Part shown: one piece after another, positions 57,144 to 64,000 of the stretch | How positions within the stretch are numbered: position 1 is the first letter of the stretch | How the letters are laid out: the number at the start of each line of letters is the position of its first letter | From: an uncultured Solirubrobacterales bacterium | GTDB lineage: Bacteria > Actinomycetota > Thermoleophilia > Solirubrobacterales > Solirubrobacteraceae | Assembly: GCA_963841535.1 (NCBI GenBank) | Contig: CAWJDF010000002.1 | Location: forward strand, 328,635-392,634 | Direction: 5' to 3' | Length of the DNA stretch: 64,000 nt | The notes under the pieces: model-generated | The model's input: only the letters and a program-made list of their open reading frames with translations | Databases searched by the model: none | What the model was told of the DNA's origin: nothing | Translations under genes and position numbers: made by a program

Positions 57144-57262
57144 AAGTCTTCGACGCCGTCGTCCGAGAAGACCGTGATGCGCGCCGGCGGTTGGCTGGGC
57201 GGAGCGTCGTGCTCGCCGATCTGCCAGACGATCCAACGGGCGAGATTTAGCAGCGCACCCAT
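57140..57262 (-). CDS. Possible 40-aa small protein
   Basis: MGALLNLARWIVWQIGEHDAPPSQPPARITVFSDDGVEDF; fills the gap; stop shares CTAG with the sigma stop. Confidence 0.4.
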   Translation of the reverse strand: MGALLNLARWIVWQIGEHDAPPSQPPARITVFSDDGVEDF

Positions 57263-57303
57263 CGGGAGCGCTATCTACCCGCTGAAAACATCCTGCAAAC
57301 GGC

Positions 57304-57354
57304 CGGACTTTGGCGATCCAGCTAACAAATACGTAGCTACATCGCCAGAGTCCG
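57304..57354 (-). terminator. Hairpin directly downstream of acnA
   Basis: CGGACTTTGGCGAT / ATCGCCAGAGTCCG with inner AGCTA/TAGCT. Confidence 0.55.
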
Positions 57355-57360
57355 CGCGCA

Positions 57361-60150
<2,790 letters not shown>

Positions 60151-60298
60151 GGTTCGTTTCTCCTGGTTCTCTGGGTGCTGCTTACTGTAGGACTCGCCCC
60201 CTCCTACGCGCGTCTTAGGCACGTCTTCACGCGGGCTTCGTCGGGCACCCGATTCTCCTCTGCGAACGACCAGATCTCGATCACCGAGGAGACCGACC

Positions 60299-60406
60299 AT
60301 GACCTTCCTGCACTGGACCCTTGTCGTCGCAGCGGCGGCCGTGTTTGCGGCGATGGCCGCGGCCGGCGCAGCCGCCGAGGCGCACCGCGCGCCCGATCAG
60401 CCATGA
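60299..60406 (+). CDS. 35-aa hydrophobic small protein
   Basis: GAGGAG SD at 60286-60291; [35 protein letters not shown]; ATGA overlap with the next gene. Confidence 0.6.
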   Translation: MTFLHWTLVVAAAAVFAAMAAAGAAAEAHRAPDQP

Positions 60407-62562
60407 GCTGGGATTCGATCTCCTACCCGGCGCCCGGAGCGGCGCAGGCCCGGGCTCGGCTGGGCGCCCGCGGCCGGCGGACGGAGCGGCTGCGCGCGCT
60501 GGTCGCGCGCCCCGAGTTGATCGGTCTGCTCGCGCTCACCGGGGTGCTCAACCTGTGGAACCTGAGCGTCAACGGCTGGGCCAACACGTACTACTCGGCC
60601 GCCGTGCGCTCGATGGGCACGAGCTGGCACGACTTCCTGTTCGCGTCGCTCGACAAGACCGGGCTGATGACGATCGACAAGCCGCCGCTGGCCTTCTGGG
60701 TGCAGGCGCTGTCCGTGCGCGTGTTCGGCTTTCACCCGCTGAGCATCCTCGTCCCCGAGGCGCTCACGGGCGTGGTCGCGGTGGCGCTCGTCTACGACAT
60801 GACCCGGCGGATGTTCGGTCGGGTGGGCGGGACGGTGGCCGGCCTGGCCTTCGCGCTGACGCCGATCACGGTGGCGATCGCGCGCCACAACAACCCCGAC
60901 GAGCTGCTCATCCTGTGCTGCGTCGCCGCGCTGTGGTGCACCGTGCGCGCGCTCGAGACCGGGCGCACCAAGTGGCTGGTCCTGACCGGCGTGTGCGTGG
61001 GGCTGGGCTTCGAGACCAAGATGGGCGTGGCCCTGCTCGTCGTGCCCGGGATCGCCGCGGCCTGGATGTGGAGCCGCTGGGGCGGGACGTGGGGGGCCCG
61101 GCTGCGTGCGTTCCGGCAGCTGCTGGCGGGCGGCGCTGCCCTGGTCGCGGTCGGAGGCGCCTGGCCGCTCCTGGTCACGCTCACCCCGGCGGCCGACCGG
61201 CCCTGGATCTCCGGGACCTCGGACAACAGCATCTGGTCGCTGATCTTCGGCTACAACGGTCTGGGACGTGTGGCCGGCCAGACCGGAGGACCCGGCGGCA
61301 CGGGTGGCGGTCCGGGTGGCGGCGGTGGCGGATTTGGCGGCAACAGCCTGTTCGGCGGCGCCACCGGGCCCTTCCGGCTGCTGGAATCGTCGCTGGGCGA
61401 CCAGGCCGGCTGGCTGCTCGGCTTCGCGGTGGTGGCCGGGCTGGCGATCCTCGTTCTCTCGCGGCTTCGCAGACGCGATCCACGCACCGGCTGGCTGCTC
61501 GCGGTCGGCGGCGCCTTCCTGACCTCGGCCGTCGTGTTCAGCTACGCGTCGGGCATCTTCCACCCGTACTACGTGTCGTTCCTGGCCCCGTTCGCCGCGG
61601 CTCTGGTCGGCGCCGGCGCCAGCGTGATGCTGCCCCGCTCGCTCGGGGGGAGCGCCGATGACGCCCGGGTGGCCAGGGTGACCGCGCCGCTGGCCATCGC
61701 GGCTGGCGCCGTTACCGAGTTGGCCGTCCTGGACGATCTGAACGGAGCGTTGTCGTGGGCCAAGCCGGTGATCATCGGCGTGGCCGGCGCCTGCGCCGTG
61801 ATCCTTGCCCTGGACCTCCCCCGGCGGGTCCGCGGCGTCCTGGTCGCGGTCGTCCTCGCCGCGCTACTGGCCGCCCCCGCGGCCTGGGCGGCCGAGACGC
61901 TCGGCCACACCACCAGCGCCACGTTCCCGGCCGGTGGCTCGGCCAGCGCATCGGCCGGCGGACCGGGCGGGTCGGGTGGCGGTCCGGGCGGTGGTCAGTT
62001 CGGCCGGAGCGCCGGCGGCCGGGGGGGTTTCGGACCGCCAGGAGGGTCCGTCCTGCCGCAGTCGGGCAGCGCCGGAGGCTTCGCGCCACCGCAGTCCGGC
62101 GCGGCCGGTGGTTTCTCGCCACCGCGGTCGGGTAGCGGCGCCTTTGCCGGCGGCGGTCCCGGCGGCTTTGGAGGCGACAGTGCCTCGTTGACCGCCGCGA
62201 TACGCTACGTGGAGCAACACGGTGGGGGTGCCATCGGGGTGTCTAGTCAGAGCAGCGCAGCTGCGGCGATTCTTTCTTCCAATGCGAATGTGGCCGGACT
62301 CGGCGGCTTCTCCGGCCGCGAGAGCTCGGTGAGCGCCACCTGGCTGGCCCAGGAGGTCACGGCCGGGCGTCTGCGTTGGGTGATCGTCGACAGCACCCAG
62401 GGTGGTGGATTGCCGGGCGACACGCGGACGGGCAGCCAATCGGCCATGGACATAGTCGCAAGCACGTGTCGGCGGGTCACGTTAACTACGAGTGGATCGA
62501 GAGTCACGATGTACGATTGCCAGGGGCGCGCCGCGGCGATCCTGCAGGCGGCCAGGGGGTAG
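60403..62562 (+). CDS. GT-C glycosyltransferase family 39 (ArnT/YkcB-like) with Gly-rich loops
   Basis: GWANTYYSAAV, IDKPPLAFW, RHNNPD, FGYNGLGR, FHPYY, LGGFSG. Confidence 0.9.
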   Translation: MSWDSISYPAPGAAQARARLGARGRRTERLRALVARPELIGLLALTGVLNLWNLSVNGWANTYYSAAVRSMGTSWHDFLFASLDKTGLMTIDKPPLAFWVQALSVRVFGFHPLSILVPEALTGVVAVALVYDMTRRMFGRVGGTVAGLAFALTPITVAIARHNNPDELLILCCVAALWCTVRALETGRTKWLVLTGVCVGLGFETKMGVALLVVPGIAAAWMWSRWGGTWGARLRAFRQLLAGGAALVAVGGAWPLLVTLTPAADRPWISGTSDNSIWSLIFGYNGLGRVAGQTGGPGGTGGGPGGGGGGFGGNSLFGGATGPFRLLESSLGDQAGWLLGFAVVAGLAILVLSRLRRRDPRTGWLLAVGGAFLTSAVVFSYASGIFHPYYVSFLAPFAAALVGAGASVMLPRSLGGSADDARVARVTAPLAIAAGAVTELAVLDDLNGALSWAKPVIIGVAGACAVILALDLPRRVRGVLVAVVLAALLAAPAAWAAETLGHTTSATFPAGGSASASAGGPGGSGGGPGGGQFGRSAGGRGGFGPPGGSVLPQSGSAGGFAPPQSGAAGGFSPPRSGSGAFAGGGPGGFGGDSASLTAAIRYVEQHGGGAIGVSSQSSAAAAILSSNANVAGLGGFSGRESSVSATWLAQEVTAGRLRWVIVDSTQGGGLPGDTRTGSQSAMDIVASTCRRVTLTTSGSRVTMYDCQGRAAAILQAARG

Positions 62563-62566
62563 GCAA

Positions 62567-63433
62567 TTGCGAGCACGGCTCGAGCGTGAACGGAAACGGG
62601 GCGTCCGACTGGGTCTCGCTGCCGTGCTCGTCCTCGCCTTCGGCGCAGCCGTCGCTCCGTCGGCGCTGGCCAACACGACCAAGAGCACCAACTGGGCCGG
62701 ATACGCGGTGCATCGCACCGGCGTGTCGTTCCGCCAGGTCTCGGCCGGGTGGACCCAGCCGAGCGCGACGTGCACGGCCGGACGGCCGAGCTACTCGTCG
62801 GCCTGGGTCGGGCTCGGCGGCTACAGCCCGACCTCGGGCGCGCTCGAGCAGATCGGCACCGAGCTCGACTGCAACGCCGCCGGCAAGGTCGTCTCGACCG
62901 CCTGGTACGAGCTGGTCCCGGCGCCGTCCAAGACGATCGCACTGGCGGTCGCGCCGGGCGACGCGATGCACGCCACCGTGACCGTGACCGGGCACCGCGT
63001 CGTGGTCGAGCTCGACAACCTGACCAGCCACCAGAGCTTCCGCAAGGTCCTGCGCAGCGCCGCGATCGACGTCAGCTCGGCGGAGTGGATCGTGGAGGCT
63101 CCGTCCCAGTGCATCAGCCAGTACAGCTGCCAGGCCCTCCCGCTGGCCAATTTCGGGTCGATGAGCTTCGACTCGACGAGCGCGGTGGCGAGCGATGGAA
63201 CGTTCGGCACGATCGCCGGAGGTAACTGGACGCGGACCAAGATCAAGCTCACAGCGGGCGCTCAGCGCCTGATCGTGACCCGCAACTCCTCCGACAGCGC
63301 CGGCACCGCGGCGCCGTCCGCGCTGCGCGACGGCGGCAGCGCATTCGACGTCACGTTCGCCACCGCGCCGAGCCAGCCCGCCCAGGCGTACGCGCGCCAG
63401 TCGCGCCTGCGCGCCGGCTACGTCCAGCACTAG
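62567..63433 (+). CDS. Secreted G1-family glutamic peptidase (eqolisin-like)
   Basis: Signal peptide; STNWAGY, SAWVGLGG, LEQIGT, AWYE, SAEWIVEAP. Confidence 0.88.
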   Translation: MRARLERERKRGVRLGLAAVLVLAFGAAVAPSALANTTKSTNWAGYAVHRTGVSFRQVSAGWTQPSATCTAGRPSYSSAWVGLGGYSPTSGALEQIGTELDCNAAGKVVSTAWYELVPAPSKTIALAVAPGDAMHATVTVTGHRVVVELDNLTSHQSFRKVLRSAAIDVSSAEWIVEAPSQCISQYSCQALPLANFGSMSFDSTSAVASDGTFGTIAGGNWTRTKIKLTAGAQRLIVTRNSSDSAGTAAPSALRDGGSAFDVTFATAPSQPAQAYARQSRLRAGYVQH

Positions 63434-64000
63434 CCGCATTTTCCGCGGTTGGTGTGGGCATGGTGTTGTTGTTCGGGCCAGGGCGGTTGGATGGCGAGTA
63501 GCTCGAGCACGCGGCGTTGGGTGTGTGTGAGGCGGTCGAGGCGGATGCCGTTGGGCGTGTAGGTGATGCCGAGGCCTTGGAAGGCGGCGAGGATGTTGCG
63601 GCCGGTGGGCTTGGCGGCGCGGCCTTCGGGCAGTAGGCCTGGGAGTTGTTGTTCGTGGTCGTCGCCGAGGGCGTGGCGGAGTTGGGATTCGATCAGTCCG
63701 AAGATCAGGAGCGCGAGCCCGACGATGCTGGTCAGCGCGTAGATGCGGTCGTCGTTGTGAAGGAAGATGGGGCGGACCTTGAGGGTCTGTTTGTAGTCGC
63801 GGTGGCGGCGCTCGACGATCTGTTGGCCTTTGTAGAGCTCGAGCACTCGGTTGGCTGACAGGCGTCCTGGGATGTTGGTCGCGAGCGCGTAGATGCCGTC
63901 CGCGTGGGCGGCTTTGGTGATCGCGTCGTGGTCGCGGTGGTAGGTCAGGGTGGGGCGCCCGGCGCGGGTGGCGGTGGTGGTCGTGATCAGTCCCTGGACC
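63430..64000 (-). mobile_element. IS1634-family element, 3' part of transposase; truncated by the window end
   Basis: DGIYALATN, YKGQQIVERRHRDYK, VRPIFLHNDDRI; ends GKCG with CCGCATTTTCCGC end sequence next to CTAG. Confidence 0.85.

Noticed and set aside
62160-62562. Slightly lower-GC codon usage at the 3' end of the GT39 gene as a sign of recombination
   Set aside because: Only an impression by eye; the frame is intact and the signal could not be quantified.

Overview
High-GC (roughly 70% by eye) actinobacterial chromosome segment. Gene content and style suggest Thermoleophilia/Solirubrobacterales (inference). Most of it is housekeeping or accessory metabolism (dcd, gltA, metF, pyk, kgd, mreB paralog, nucS, ohr, ettA, acnA, several GT-C glycosyltransferases). 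It also holds three insertion sequences (one IS630-family, two IS1634-family, the last cut by the window end) and a c-di-AMP (ydaO) riboswitch ahead of an Rpf-like muralytic gene. Main observation: a conjugation/T4SS-like operon at the left edge (pilin-like, VirB6-like, SCO6880/PrgI-like) with a divergent anti-sigma-less ECF sigma factor, and a VirB1-like PG hydrolase + VirB8/TcpC-like lipoprotein pair 46 kb away among housekeeping genes, share the same AT-rich 10-bp-period direct repeats (consensus about TAGATTCAAT) over their promoters. This suggests a split, co-regulated, possibly domesticated DNA-transfer system. Also notable: a promoter- and terminator-bounded ~165-nt structured ncRNA candidate opposite an XRE regulator, a full lipoyl-lipoyl-PSBD-E2-E1 2-oxoglutarate dehydrogenase fusion, a GroES with a C-terminal Zn ribbon facing a J-domain/Tudor-like/TPR protein, and ~115-bp four-arm intergenic palindromic elements. 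All protein family calls come from motif recognition by eye; no searches were run.
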